Source: an uncultured Nitrososphaerales archaeon (GTDB lineage: Archaea; Thermoproteota; Nitrososphaeria; Nitrososphaerales; Nitrososphaeraceae). From it: a stretch of DNA of 64,000 nt. Below, piece by piece: positions 44,447-56,665 of this stretch (its first letter is position 1; the number at the start of each line of letters is the position of its first letter). The notes under the pieces were generated by a model. The model was not told the origin of the DNA, searched no databases, and saw nothing but the letters and a program-made list of their open reading frames with translations. Location of the stretch: positions 96,001 to 160,000 of the forward strand of contig CAVPXM010000030.1 of NCBI GenBank assembly GCA_963709405.1, given 5' to 3'. The position numbers were made by a program, and so were the translations under genes.

Positions 44447-45140
44447 CTCCGAGCTCGGCCTCCTTAGGAATCCCTATATGTTCAATGTGGATGGCACCAG
44501 TGTATCTTTTGTTATTCAGAAGACCTGTTTTGATCCTGTGAAATGTAACGGTAATATTGGCGCGTACGCATCTCTCATTAGCTTCGCCAGTGGTTGGATT
44601 TAGTCCGGATGGAATATCTACTGCAACTTTGTATGCCTTAGCTGCGTTAATGATATCAATAGCAGACGCATGTGGATCTCTTATCTCTCCTTTGATTCCC
44701 GTACCGAAAATCCCGTCTAAAATTATATCGGCACTACTGATCCTCTCCTTAATAACCCCATTAACTTTTTCGGTATCAATCACATCTACCGAATTCATTT
44801 TCTTAATAATATCCCAATTTATTCTAGCTTCCTCGCTGCGTAAACTAGAAGGATGGCCTAATAGAATAACTGTGTAGCTTGAGTCAAAATAGGATGCTAG
44901 GTGTCTAACCGCAACAAAACAATCCCCTCCGTTGTTACCAGTACCACAAACTGCAACAATTTTCAGTCCGACGAGATTCTCTTTGAATTTAGCTGTAATT
45001 ATATCGGCGATTCCATGTCCAGCATTTTCCATCATGTATACCCTTCGCATTCCAAGTAAATTATGCCCATTTTCCTCGATCTTGTACATTTGTTCTGGGG
45101 TGATCGCACCGACGTCCTTGTTGTTGCTTAGCATAATCAA
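44439..45140 (-). CDS. nnrE: NAD(P)H-hydrate epimerase (YjeF N-terminal domain)
   Basis: MMENAG, CGTGNNGGD, DGIFGTG, AVDIPSG. Confidence 0.92.
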   Translation of the reverse strand: MIMLSNNKDVGAITPEQMYKIEENGHNLLGMRRVYMMENAGHGIADIITAKFKENLVGLKIVAVCGTGNNGGDCFVAVRHLASYFDSSYTVILLGHPSSLRSEEARINWDIIKKMNSVDVIDTEKVNGVIKERISSADIILDGIFGTGIKGEIRDPHASAIDIINAAKAYKVAVDIPSGLNPTTGEANERCVRANITVTFHRIKTGLLNNKRYTGAIHIEHIGIPKEAELGVV

Positions 45141-45315
45141 TTCAGGAGATATTCAAAGCCCTTATATTCGTTTTAAGAATCGGTATCGTCTATTGACGAA
45201 AGACTATGCGTAACAAGCTAAAGTATCGAAAACCAAATACTTGTGAACCTGAATTAAGTATCTCTAGATCCGCTCGCAAAATTTTCGTCTTGTTGGCAAT
45301 GCTTGTCCATGTATG

Positions 45316-45462
45316 TCAAGTTCTAGATAAGGTTCTCTGTTTCGCAGCAGTTAGTTCATCCTTGATATTTTGGATCATAGATTCGCGCTCCAAACTTAAC
45401 CTCTTTTTTGATTCTTCAAACATCTCATTTATAGCATGTGGCAAACGTGATTTATCAGACAT
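45316..45462 (-). CDS. small helical hypothetical protein (48 aa)
   Basis: Manual translation MSDKSRLPHAINEMFEESKKRLSLERESMIQNIKDELTAAKQRTLSRT. Confidence 0.45.
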   Translation of the reverse strand: MSDKSRLPHAINEMFEESKKRLSLERESMIQNIKDELTAAKQRTLSRT

Positions 45463-46021
45463 ATTGCCAGTATGTACGATTTGATATAAAAATCTAATTC
45501 ATCTGATGAGATCGGCTTCGCGCGAGAATATTCTCGAATCGACTTTTTTAAAATACTGCTACTCCTAATCTTTACAAGAGTTGTTTCTGCTCATGTTTAT
45601 CGACTAGTTTATCTGCCTTATTCTCTGAATCCTGCAGGTTCCTCTTATTCGTTTTCAATCATTCGCCTATTTCAGACAGTGATTTAATTACCAGTATACC
45701 AGCCAGCCAATCATAAAGTTGTATGATACAGTCAAGGTGTCATAGACGTTATGTTTTGACAAATCACGCTAGACATTCTTACGAGTAATAATTAGTATTG
45801 TTCTAGAACTTGAATAATAATTCCCTTGAGTGTGGTAAACGGAAACAATAATTAGCACGAAAAGATGTAGCGAATGACTTGAGTTAAGTAATAGTTTCAA
45901 TGTATCCAATTATAATCGGTCCTCGTATAGTCTGGCGCATGAAATTTCTTTCTATATAAATTTATCTAAAATACAGACTCTTACACTTATATTCCAAGCA
46001 ATTTATTGTAAGTTCTGAAAG

Positions 46022-46558
46022 TTGCAAGGCGTCATGAGGGTTCCTAACGAAATTAAATATGTTGCGGTTATTATAATTGCTGTTGTAATCATCTGGGTCG
46101 GTATCCAGCTTACATTTGGGGTAATTAATCCGTTTTACGTTGTTGCAAGTGAGAGTATGGTGCCTAAGCTGAAGGTTGGCGATTTTGTAGTTATCAATCA
46201 CAATATTCAATTTAGTAATCTAAAGGTAGGTGATATCATAGTTTTTAAAGAGCCCGTACCAGAAAAAGGGCAAGAACCGGAAACCATAGTACATAGAATA
46301 AGGGCAATCGGAATAGATTCACTTGGCGATAGGGTAGTTGTAACAAAAGGCGACGCCAACCCTGATTCTATACCTGGCATAGATTATCCGATAATGCATG
46401 ACAACTATATCGGAAAAGTAGTTTACGTTATTCCGCAATTGGGATTAGTTACTAGAGCTATCAGTCCTCCTGTCAATTATATTCTAATTGCAGTCATACT
46501 TGTTATATTGTTCATCCTTATGAAAAAGGGGAAGGAAAAGAATAAAGCCTCCGTATGA
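46022..46558 (+). CDS. signal peptidase I (archaeal Sec11 type)
   Basis: VASESMVP, GDIIVF, IVHR, TKGDAN. Confidence 0.93.
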   Translation: MQGVMRVPNEIKYVAVIIIAVVIIWVGIQLTFGVINPFYVVASESMVPKLKVGDFVVINHNIQFSNLKVGDIIVFKEPVPEKGQEPETIVHRIRAIGIDSLGDRVVVTKGDANPDSIPGIDYPIMHDNYIGKVVYVIPQLGLVTRAISPPVNYILIAVILVILFILMKKGKEKNKASV

Positions 46559-46825
46559 GATGCCACGACAAATAGATGTTAAATTGATAAACAATCCACG
46601 TTCTCATGGGATGAATGCCAATATCATATATCATCCATTAATTATGTAAGCAAGTTCGCTGCCGCACAGAATTAAATATAGCTGGTAGCAATCACTTATT
46701 TTTGTTGCAGACAAGTAGAGATGTTAAGAAAGATGTTTCTGAATATTGTTCTTAAAACCCAAACTAACCATGAATTAAGAAAATGACTAGAGCATATTTA
46801 TGGCATAGGTATAACCACTTCTGCC

Positions 46826-47011
46826 CTAGTGGGAAGAACGGGATCTGTCGGTTAATTTCTTATGATAAATACTCTTGCATTGGTAATTTTCGTTTCCTGC
46901 CAAGGCTTCTTCCGTACTAATCATTTTTACGTTCTTCATTTTCCTCCTATCATATACAGTATTGAGGAATTTATAACAAACTGCACATACCTCTTCTCTT
47001 TTCTCAATCAT
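46826..47011 (-). CDS. small putative Zn-binding protein
   Basis: CAVC...CKSIYH. Confidence 0.5.
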   Translation of the reverse strand: MIEKREEVCAVCYKFLNTVYDRRKMKNVKMISTEEALAGNENYQCKSIYHKKLTDRSRSSH

Positions 47012-47210
47012 AGAAAGCTACCCCATTTTCAACAATTAATCACTAATTAATCTATGTCTTGATACTCCAGTGAAGCCACTCTAAGACACATCCAACTCTT
47101 TTTGCCTTCGGTGAACTAAATTAATATCATTCTTTAGGCATCATTACGATTCTCCTCATTCGATGTTGTTCTTTATATTGGAATGACAATTCATTCACTT
47201 GATTCAAGTA

Positions 47211-47772
47211 TTATGAATAAACAAAGGTGCGGCGATTGTTTAGAGCTTTACCGTTGCCATTGACATTAACTACGCTATGAAAGGGCATGACATAATCCGG
47301 GAGATTTAGTTTTACACATTTATCATCTTGTAAAGCAAAGGTCTTACCATCATAATTGCATTTGAGAACAGGAATTTTCTTTGAACTTACAAAAACGTCT
47401 CCAACCTTATAATATTCTATCAACCTACGATGTTCATACACAGTACAATTCTTTCTCTTAACCCTCTTTTTTCTCATAAACTTGAATGCGAATATAACGT
47501 GTCTATTAGAATAGAACTTGAACATATCACGAATATATACACATCGTTCTATTTGATCTTGTGGTACATATAGAATGTCGCTTGTACCGGCTTTGGCCTC
47601 GATAGATAACAGGATAGCCTCTCTGTTATTAACAGCTATGATATCCGGAAGGCCAGTGCTAGAACCACCTAGTCTTCTTGCATGCCAATCGCCTCTGTCT
47701 AACCTCTGGACAAGTGTGTGCTCAAAGCTGTATCCCCTACTCCTTCGAATATTACCCAGATACTACCACCAT
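47211..47772 (-). CDS. hjc: Holliday junction resolvase Hjc-family nuclease (5' part missed by the ORF track)
   Basis: In-frame upstream translation NIRRSRGYSFEHTLVQRL..WHARRLGGSSTGLPDIIAV...IEAK; apparent extra G near 47755. Confidence 0.8.
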
Positions 47773-48676
47773 TCAACCATATTTACTAGGCCAACCACGC
47801 AATTTCTCATTTTCAATGTGAATAATCTTATTAAAACACTCTATCGAACCCAAATTGCAAGAACCATCCATATAGCCATTTTCATTCAATATCTAAATAA
47901 CTAGTAGAGAATAAATCAGTAAAACTGAAGTCCAAATTCATTGAATTCATACCTTACTAGGTGTATGCGTGGAAATATATATTGCTGTTGCATTATAGCA
48001 GGTCGCTCGAATCGCAATAACACTGCCATTGGGAATGATCTTGGATTGGATTCTATTCCCTGGCCGCAATGGCATTAGAATACCGCTGATTGTCGATGGT
48101 CAGTTTCAATTCTTTAGTTTCATCAGAACACCAGGATACCATTTACAACTTCAGTACATTTTGCACTTGATCTTCATTTCCAATTTGAGCTCGATCTGTT
48201 TGACTTCGATAATACCGTAGCTTCAATCAATCTATCGATGATAAATACGGCAAGTATACCCATTTGCACATCTTACTGTTGTTTAGATATTTATTGGCAG
48301 TCTTTCACTATTAGGATGAAATTAAACCATGCTTTGATTAGCTAAACGAAAAAGACGCTACGTTAAAAGTAATTGTATCAATACTAAATCTTACCTAAAA
48401 TAAACGTTTTCCAGAATTATCAAGCCAAATTTCTAAATAGTCTTCCTTTTACACCGTTATCATTTGTATCTAGAGCTTCATGGTAATTAAGAGCGGCTTA
48501 AATAGGAATCATTTATCATTTTCATCAATTTACATATAATCTGTTCGTATGAAACTTCCCCCGATAATCCTGATTCCATTGAATTATCGACAAAGTTCAA
48601 CGTGACAGCCTTGTAACTTTGCATCTGTTCAGATATTCCTTAATTATAAATAAGATCATTAATAAGGATAATCCAG

Positions 48677-50806
48677 ATGGATATAGGCGACATAACGGGC
48701 CAAGGAAAAGCAAATAGGCTCATAAATGAGAGCAGCCCTTACTTATTACAACATGCACACAATCCTGTAGATTGGTATCCCTGGGGAAAGGAAGCTCTTG
48801 AAAATGCAGAGGTTGAGGATAAACCGATATTTTTGAGCATTGGGTACAGTGCATGTCACTGGTGTCATGTAATGGCTCATGAATCATTCGAAGATACTGG
48901 CATTGCAGGATTCATGAACGATAATTTTATCAATATAAAGGTAGATCGAGAAGAACGACCTGACATAGATGACATCTATCAGAAGGTTTGTCAACTTGCA
49001 AATGGAACTGGAGGTTGGCCACTATCGGTCTTTCTTACACCGGATCAACGCCCATTCTATATTGGCACCTACTTCCCCAATGAGACAAGGAATGGCATGC
49101 CTGGTTTTGGCGTAATACTGAGCCAATTGAAAGAAGCGTACAAAACAAAAAGACACGAGATAAACTCTGCCTCATCCGAATTTATGCACGCATTGGTACA
49201 AACAGCATCCGACATTCCATCTTCGGACAGCCGTGCTAAATTAGAGCGCTCTACTCTAGATGAGGCAGCTATAGGGTTGATTCGTATGGCTGACCTTGTT
49301 TTTGGTGGTTTTGGTCAAGCTCCTAAATTCCCCAACGTCTCCAACCTTTTGTTTTTGTTGCGTTATTATGATATCTCCGGAATAAATCGGTTTAAGGATT
49401 TCGTAATATTTTCAGCCGAAAAGATGGCCGCTGGAGGAATCCACGATCACCTTGGTGGCGGTTTTGCAAGATATTCCACTGACCAAAGATGGCTAATTCC
49501 TCATTTCGAAAAGATGCTCTATGATAATGCTCTTATAACACAGATATATGCAGAATTGTTTCAAATCACTAATGAAGAACGATATCTGCAGATAGTCCAG
49601 AAGACCCTTGAATATGTCATAAGAGAAATGACTTCTCCAGATGGTGGATTTTATTCCTCCCAAGATGCAGACTCTGAAGGGGTGGAGGGCAAGTACTATG
49701 TCTGGTCTAGAAACGAAATATTCGAATCACTTAAGGACCGCACTTTTTCAGAAATCTTTTGCGATTATTACGGAGTTACTCAGAATGGTAACTTCGAAGG
49801 AAAAAATATACTTAATGTAAGGGGAACAGCAAAAGGACTTGCAGGAAAATATGATAAAACTCAAGAGGAAATAGAACAGATTATTAAGGATGCATCAATA
49901 ACACTATTTGATCTCAGGCGGAAGCGCGCAGAGCCAGGAAAGGATGAAAAAATCCTAACATCGTGGAACGGATTAATGATATCGGCTTTTGCAAAAGGAT
50001 ATAAGGTTACTAATAATATTGAATATCTTAAATCTGCAACAAGCGCAATAAATTTTGTCGAAACTAATTTAGTGAGTGCTAACGATGGCAGGTTAAATAG
50101 GCTGTACAAAAATGGAGTTTCTAAATTAAATGCATATTTAGACGATTATGCATTTTATACAAACGCTTTGCTAGATGTATTTGAAGTTGATACGCAGCCT
50201 AAATACCTTGAAAAAGCGATTCTTTATACTGACTTTATGCTCAAGCATTTTTGGGACGATAAAGAAAGCAATCTCTTTTTTACCTCGGATGATCATGAAA
50301 AGTTGATTGTTAGGACAAAGGCATTTTATGATTTGGCGATTCCAAGTGGTAGTTCAATAGCTGCATCTAATCTGCTTAGACTGTATCACCTAACGAATAG
50401 AGATGAATATTTGCAAAAGGCAGAATCAATTATGAGATCAGCAGCTCATGCAGCAGCAGAAAATCCATTTGGATTCGGCCACATGCTAATAGCAATCTAT
50501 TTTTCGATAAAGAAATGTACAGAAATATTGATCATGCAGGAAAAGGATATTCAAGCATCTTCTTTTCAATTGACGAATTGGCTAAATAAACATTTTATCC
50601 CTAACCAAATTTCAGCTGTAATTAACGATAAAATACAATTACAACAACTGCAACAGTATGCGTTCTTTTATGGAAAAGATTTGAGCGGGATCACAGAAAG
50701 TCAACCTGAGTGCGCCATAGTGTGCAAAGATTCTACATGCTCTCTTCCTATCCTGTCAGTAAGCGAGCTTGAGAATCAGATTCACCCAATTAAAGAGCCA
50801 ATTTGA
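48677..50806 (+). CDS. thioredoxin-domain / (alpha/alpha)6 protein YyaL/SSP411 (DUF255)
   Basis: [43 protein letters not shown]. Confidence 0.95.
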   Translation: MDIGDITGQGKANRLINESSPYLLQHAHNPVDWYPWGKEALENAEVEDKPIFLSIGYSACHWCHVMAHESFEDTGIAGFMNDNFINIKVDREERPDIDDIYQKVCQLANGTGGWPLSVFLTPDQRPFYIGTYFPNETRNGMPGFGVILSQLKEAYKTKRHEINSASSEFMHALVQTASDIPSSDSRAKLERSTLDEAAIGLIRMADLVFGGFGQAPKFPNVSNLLFLLRYYDISGINRFKDFVIFSAEKMAAGGIHDHLGGGFARYSTDQRWLIPHFEKMLYDNALITQIYAELFQITNEERYLQIVQKTLEYVIREMTSPDGGFYSSQDADSEGVEGKYYVWSRNEIFESLKDRTFSEIFCDYYGVTQNGNFEGKNILNVRGTAKGLAGKYDKTQEEIEQIIKDASITLFDLRRKRAEPGKDEKILTSWNGLMISAFAKGYKVTNNIEYLKSATSAINFVETNLVSANDGRLNRLYKNGVSKLNAYLDDYAFYTNALLDVFEVDTQPKYLEKAILYTDFMLKHFWDDKESNLFFTSDDHEKLIVRTKAFYDLAIPSGSSIAASNLLRLYHLTNRDEYLQKAESIMRSAAHAAAENPFGFGHMLIAIYFSIKKCTEILIMQEKDIQASSFQLTNWLNKHFIPNQISAVINDKIQLQQLQQYAFFYGKDLSGITESQPECAIVCKDSTCSLPILSVSELENQIHPIKEPI

Positions 50807-51102
50807 CAACCAGTCCGTCTGTTTACGCTACTTCTCGTGCTATAGCAGCTCTAATAACGAAAATTACGAGGAGGGGATACGAAGTTAAAGTGACATATGA
50901 AAATTGTCGATATACTTTAGTCGTTAAACATCCGTCCATGCTAAGCAGTTACATAGTCAATTTATTACTAGAATATGGATTCATGCATATTTTTTGCTAC
51001 GCAAAGCCGGCAGTTAATTTAGACAACGTACCGTTACACCAATCTGTTTTTGAAATGGATTTGGTACCTCACAAATCAAAAATAAACTCCAGGGAGGAAT
51101 GA
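50803..51102 (+). CDS. hypothetical protein
   Basis: Overlaps the upstream stop (TTGA), suggesting translational coupling. Confidence 0.5.
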   Translation: MTTSPSVYATSRAIAALITKITRRGYEVKVTYENCRYTLVVKHPSMLSSYIVNLLLEYGFMHIFCYAKPAVNLDNVPLHQSVFEMDLVPHKSKINSREE

Positions 51103-51498
51103 GCTTAACGTTTCTCATTTTGAAGATTCAGTCTCAATACTAATTCTCCTTTTTGATTTTTATGGTCTGTAGAGTAGATAGATATAACATAATACTTACC
51201 AAAAGAGGTAATCATACATTTGAGTTACATATATTTAAGAAGACTGGAACTACATGGGTTACTGATGATATATGCCTGCATAAATCACAATATCAGAAAC
51301 CGGAAAAAGAATGAAAGGAAGTTGATCAATATCGACATTAGTTGGGTCCATAAAGAGAACGAGTAGTTCATGTGCAATAACCTGTAGGAATTCGTCACAT
51401 GGACAAATTTCTTCCTGGCAGCAGAGTTTTTGTACCCAACAGACATAGTAGGTGAGAGGCCAGCTCTGTTCTGATATAGTTATTTTGTTCCTAGTTTT

Positions 51499-52143
51499 CT
51501 ATTCTATATTTATCTGCTTTCCTTTAGGTTTTGTTTGTTCTTTTTTCTTAAAGGTTATTTCGAGTATTCCATTCTTGTAAACTGACCTAGCTGTTTCGAT
51601 ATCTGCTTCTTGCGGTATTTCGATGACCTCGTGGTATTTTCGTTCTGTCCCAGTAGTGATAATCTCAACAGAATTGTCGTAAGCGTTCACTTTAATATTT
51701 TCCTTATTTACACCAGGCATTTCAACAATAACTTTGATTTCTGTGCTTGTTGATGTTATGTCTGCCAATGGCTCTCTTTCAGATGAGATCATTGAACCTG
51801 TAAAAATGCTCTTTCTGCCGCCTGGCGAGAGTGGTGATTTAACATTGCCAAATTCTCTCACTTTTGGTTTACCATCTGGGCCTATTGTCATTGAATAGCC
51901 GTATACAAACGGACCATATTCCCTTACTTTACTCCCTTCAGGAGTTTCATATTCCCTTACCAAATCTTTCGGTGCTTTTGTCTCTATATCTTTAAATCTG
52001 TGTTCAAACTCACTTTCCATTTCTCTTCTCATTTCCTCAAAGCCTTTGAAAAAGTCACCAAAACCAAATCCTCTTCTTCCCTTTCCAAAGAACCTATTAT
52101 ACCAGTCAAATGGCTCTATGCCACTATCTTCAGGAGAACTCAT
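51499..52143 (-). CDS. hsp20: archaeal small heat-shock protein Hsp20
   Basis: GPFVYGYSMTIGPDGKP..EFGN, EMPGV, YKNGILE, INIE. Confidence 0.95.
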   Translation of the reverse strand: MSSPEDSGIEPFDWYNRFFGKGRRGFGFGDFFKGFEEMRREMESEFEHRFKDIETKAPKDLVREYETPEGSKVREYGPFVYGYSMTIGPDGKPKVREFGNVKSPLSPGGRKSIFTGSMISSEREPLADITSTSTEIKVIVEMPGVNKENIKVNAYDNSVEIITTGTERKYHEVIEIPQEADIETARSVYKNGILEITFKKKEQTKPKGKQINIE

Positions 52144-52560
52144 GCTACTTTATTATGTAGTTCGATATTATAAAGCTACGATTCATCTGTGTTTATGTAT
52201 CTCATACTTATCTTGCTACCATAAGGAATTGTAGCTCTATTACATCGAGATAATAAACGCATGAAACTGATGCAAACTTGCGACTAGTGTTGACATAACC
52301 TTTCACAATTTGGGCCTCACGTACATATCAAATGTCGAGACTATATCATCGATAGAATATTGTCCAGATTATTGTCCACGCCATTCGTTAGAATAGATAT
52401 TATTGAATAGAACTCCATAAGATATCGACAAGAAATGGATTACCAATATTTCAAGCACTTATCCAGAAATTACTTTTATCGATGCTTCTGAATGGTAGCA
52501 TATTCTATTCGAGATATTATAGGATATATATTGGTGAAGTGTTTATTGTCCTGAATTAGC

Positions 52561-52998
52561 ATGAAAGAAAGTGCAAGTAAGCATCAAAAATACACCTGGA
52601 CGTTATCACTCCTATCGGTCATCGTTGCCGGTAGTGTCATTAGTGTTTTTGTCTCTCACAACAACAGCGAAAATTATTCAGCCAACGCAGCTACAGCAAA
52701 GCCATCAAAAGTCTATCTCAAGATTGAAGATTTAAAAATTAGCAAGGGCCCCACCGGTGCTATAGATGTTACGGGTAAAGTAATAAATAATTCCAGCAAA
52801 AATGTCCAAGACGTAAAATTAACGGCTTCGTATTACGACAATACCAATTCTTTGCTTGGAAAGACTACCAAGTTTCTTAGTAATCCCTCGGAGAACATTA
52901 AGCCAAATGGAAAATTGGACTTTAACTTTGTAGAAACGGTTACATTCACGCGCATAGCTCATTCAATAGTGAACGCAACAGCTAATTTGCCTAAGTAG
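52561..52998 (+). CDS. secreted FxLYD-domain protein
   Basis: TM anchor, VTGKVIN, ASYYD...LLG. Confidence 0.75.
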   Translation: MKESASKHQKYTWTLSLLSVIVAGSVISVFVSHNNSENYSANAATAKPSKVYLKIEDLKISKGPTGAIDVTGKVINNSSKNVQDVKLTASYYDNTNSLLGKTTKFLSNPSENIKPNGKLDFNFVETVTFTRIAHSIVNATANLPK

Positions 52999-53468
52999 CC
53001 AAATCGCAAGTCCTCAATTTATTCGTGGAAACACGTAACAGAGAGCTAAAGGATAAAACTAAGGATTGTTAAATTGACGAGGCTCTTTTATTTTACTCCA
53101 TAATATCATAATCAAAGTGAAAAAACAAATCATCGATACATGAATGGTCAATACATGAAAACAATGATCTAGATTTTATACAAAATGCCTGAGAAATTTG
53201 AAGCAATTAAAGTCCTACCATGTTCTAAATCCACCTGGAAACGGTGCCATCATCTTTCATCAACTGTCTATTACTAGCTTATCGCGCCTTCCTAGAAACA
53301 AGATTTGATTGATTGGTATATTGTTCTTGATTGCCGTTAATGATCACCTCCTCACAAGGTGCCTTTGTTCGTCAAATTTTCTCAACTCATCATGTGATCT
53401 TATATTTAGATAACAATGTTCATCTTTAAAACTACATTGTTACGCATGAGCCAGAATATAACTTGTAG

Positions 53469-54365
53469 TTAGAGGTGCAACCTATCTTGTTGGCGCATGG
53501 CTTCAAACTCATCAAGTGATGTATGACTGGTGCACGATAAACATCTCATATTAGTACCGTACTGATCAAGGATGATCCTGCCGATTCCAGAGGCAGAATC
53601 AAGTATGACGCCAGGTATGGGACTATTACAAAGATTACATCTCAGCTTTACGACGCCGCGGGGCAAGCGTTCATTTGGATCGAATGTCAACAGAGCTAAC
53701 TCAGATTCTCGTTCATGCTCACTTTTTAATCGTAATAGCTCACAAATATCATCATTGTCTAGGTAGCCCTTGTTACGATATTCTTTAATGAGATTCTTAA
53801 GCTCTTCTGTTGGTTTTGAAAATGTCTCACAGTCTATGATAATGCTACTTAAAAGTGCATTTATATCTCGATCAGTTAACCTCAAAAATCTGTGATACTC
53901 TGACTCTACAATATCTGGATGATACCCATGGTCAGCGATTATTTCGATTGGTTTCTTACCTGCACTAAATTCGCTGTACAACGTCTTTAGTTCCCCAGAC
54001 ACCATTCGTGGTATGTCGAGGTAATGATTTGGTTTATTAGTGTAAAAAAAACCATCGATTGCCCTCATTCTGTCTTGGTTATTCGGGATAGAAATTTCCC
54101 CGATGCCTTGCTCTCCACCGGATCTCCCTTTAACAATTATCGATGTCTCCTCCTTCCTTTTTGAGATTCCTGTAGTACTCCTGCTTACAACATCGCTGCC
54201 TCCTATTGTAGCTTTCTTAAATCTGCTTGTCTCCTTCCAGACATATTCTACTGTAGTACCGACCATCGATGCAATTTGTTCAGGAGGATACTTGCCATCC
54301 GATACTAGCGCCCATATACGTTGCTTTTTGTTAGTTGAATTAGCTGGTAGGTAGGTTGGTTTCAA
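53469..54365 (-). CDS. hypothetical double-HTH protein with C-terminal CxxC/CxxC
   Basis: PEQIASMVGTTVEYVWKE (HTH), second HTH-like KKPIEIIADHG, CNLC...CLSC. Confidence 0.65.
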   Translation of the reverse strand: MKPTYLPANSTNKKQRIWALVSDGKYPPEQIASMVGTTVEYVWKETSRFKKATIGGSDVVSRSTTGISKRKEETSIIVKGRSGGEQGIGEISIPNNQDRMRAIDGFFYTNKPNHYLDIPRMVSGELKTLYSEFSAGKKPIEIIADHGYHPDIVESEYHRFLRLTDRDINALLSSIIIDCETFSKPTEELKNLIKEYRNKGYLDNDDICELLRLKSEHERESELALLTFDPNERLPRGVVKLRCNLCNSPIPGVILDSASGIGRIILDQYGTNMRCLSCTSHTSLDEFEAMRQQDRLHL

Positions 54366-54488
54366 TTTGGTATGGTGAGTAAGTTAAGTAAGTCAAGTAA
54401 TTAAACTTTGTCTGAATGCCAGCAAGATATCTAACTTAACCTCCTTAAGCCATTACTTACTAACTTACCTACCAACAAGCCTACATAC
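54345..54488. repeat. inverted pair of short GTAAG/CTTAC-type tandem arrays
   Basis: ggtaggtaggttggt...gagtaagttaagtaagtcaagtaa versus ctaacttaac...ttacttactaacttacctaccaac. Confidence 0.6.
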
Positions 54489-55449
54489 GCCCCTGCGACA
54501 TATCAAAGGTGACCTTAACTACCAATTCGTAGATATTATTTTTCATCATATTTCAATTTTCTATTCATGCGATCCTGGCTGTCCAACCTACGGTGCCTCC
54601 GTTGCCTGCTAATGAGTCATATCCTTTCACTGTCATCCGCTTTCGTTTCGTAGATGTCCGTATCATTAAGGCTCCAGAAGCCAGTCATACAACTTTGTCG
54701 TTATTCTAAACCATAATTGACTTGCCGGAATGTTGCCAGGACAGAACAGATCATTTTGTCGTTGAATGGGAATATTTCTTCACCGTTATATGAGTCTGAA
54801 TTGCAGCTGGATTAATACCACGCTTATCATCTAGAGGCCTATATCATCTGGGAAAACATCTTGAATTAATATATTCTGAATCATTATTAGCTACTGGACC
54901 AGTTACACGCTCGTCCTCGACTTGTTCAGATGACTCCATTTTATTCGCTAATCGCCTCCTTCGAGTTCGAACTGTAAGGATTGTTGACTCTGATTTCACG
55001 AACCATTTTGTTGCAATCGCCCTAATTACAAGTATTACCGAACTATGATTTCTTTGTTATACTTGGCTGGAAATCTATGCATCTCATTATGTCCTGCTAA
55101 AGTGAATCGTATCTTCACAACATTACTTGTTTACTTTATTATATCAGCAGCTGCTTTCGGTAATTTATTTTTCTCATCTAGTACTGTCCTTTAGATTTAA
55201 CGAACGAGTGAGTTAAGTCATATGATCCTGCTTTAAAGCATATTTCTTGGAATCCTATACGAATTGTGAATTATGGGATCATGATCCTTTGATACATCGT
55301 ACAACTGACTACAAATTTCTGAAAAGTAACAAAACTGTCTATGCTGATTGAAGAAACTTTCCATCCCTAGACAATTGACTTCAATCAAGTATGTCGAAAT
55401 AAGGCAATAACTCTCGAGTCAGTTTTCACAATAGAACAAAAAATTAAGA

Positions 55450-55911
55450 TTACGGAGTGTTATTTACTTGGATAGTCCCCTTCATGGTAAATGGATGATA
55501 TGCACAGTGATATGTGAAAGTGCCTGTCATATTTGGACTAAAAACTAGTTGACCTGAACCATTAGGAGCTATGTCATCGCTTGATGGTAATACGTCGGCT
55601 CCCGTATCAATGATTAGTTCATGCTTCGTATCGGTCGGATTTTGGATTTTGATGATATTTTTGGTATTTGTTAATGCTTTTATCGTAGGGTTGGATACTG
55701 CGTTACTACTGTCAATCCAATTGTAGACACCATTCTTTACTTCCTTAGCTCCCAACTGAATCGTGTTTGTACTATTGATGACTCTTTTTCCAACTGCAGC
55801 GGATGCTAATTGCAAGTGGTATCCATTCTGACTATTAGTACATAAGAAACCACATATGACTGCTGCAGATACTACGAATGTGAAAGTTACATGAGTACGT
55901 ATTCTCTTCAT
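55450..55911 (-). CDS. secreted cupredoxin (type-1 blue copper) protein
   Basis: KHEL...GTFTYHCAYHPFTMKG (H, C, H, M ligands). Confidence 0.9.
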   Translation of the reverse strand: MKRIRTHVTFTFVVSAAVICGFLCTNSQNGYHLQLASAAVGKRVINSTNTIQLGAKEVKNGVYNWIDSSNAVSNPTIKALTNTKNIIKIQNPTDTKHELIIDTGADVLPSSDDIAPNGSGQLVFSPNMTGTFTYHCAYHPFTMKGTIQVNNTP

Positions 55912-55954
55912 TAATTTGTAGGTATTGGTCTGCTCCTATTTTAGAACAATATAC

Positions 55955-55987
55955 AAATACCAGTTTTGGGACTCAAAACTGGTATTT
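55955..55987. promoter_or_regulatory. perfect 14-bp inverted repeat upstream of the cupredoxin gene, candidate operator
   Basis: aaataccagttttg-ggact-caaaactggtattt. Confidence 0.6.
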
Positions 55988-56665
55988 ACTCCAATCCTTC
56001 ATAGACAGATGGATCGTCATATCATATTGAAACCATTATGATCTGATAGTCTACCAGATTTATAATAGTAAAAGCCCATTTTCGCTCTATGATGCTAAAT
56101 GTATAAGGGTATAAGACAATAACTACGTCATAAAGAGGAGGGACTCTACCTTTGCTGGATGTATCAAAATATGTGTGAATTATATTCTTCATATTGTATA
56201 TTCCAAATGCCCAAGGGCGTAACTAATATAACACGAATCTACTGGTGGATGTTAAAGTAAAATCTACTTTACCATATTGTAAGATAGGCTAGTTTGTGCC
56301 CACTTTACAATCATAATCAGAATATGTTACTGCAAGCGATTACATACTTTGGTATCATTATACTTGATATGATATCGTGTTTAAGTTTAAAAGACTATGT
56401 GGTAAACAGAGGATGGTTCGATTATCAAATGAAGATCGCTCATTAAGAGTAGTGCTTGTGAATCTGTCGCGAATGTATAATAAACAGAACCGTAAGATTA
56501 TATCCCTAATGACTGTTCTATCCTATATTGCTTGGAGCTGAAAAGCGTCAAAGCAATAATCTTGCTTAGAAATAACTTTATACCATGCATCTCGTAACCA
56601 GCAGCAGGCTGTGCTCAAGAGCAACGAATTAATTTAGATTCGACAAGGTTACCGACCCAAGAGAT

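Noticed and set aside
47575-47904. 109-aa plus-strand ORF
   Set aside because: Antisense shadow of hjc
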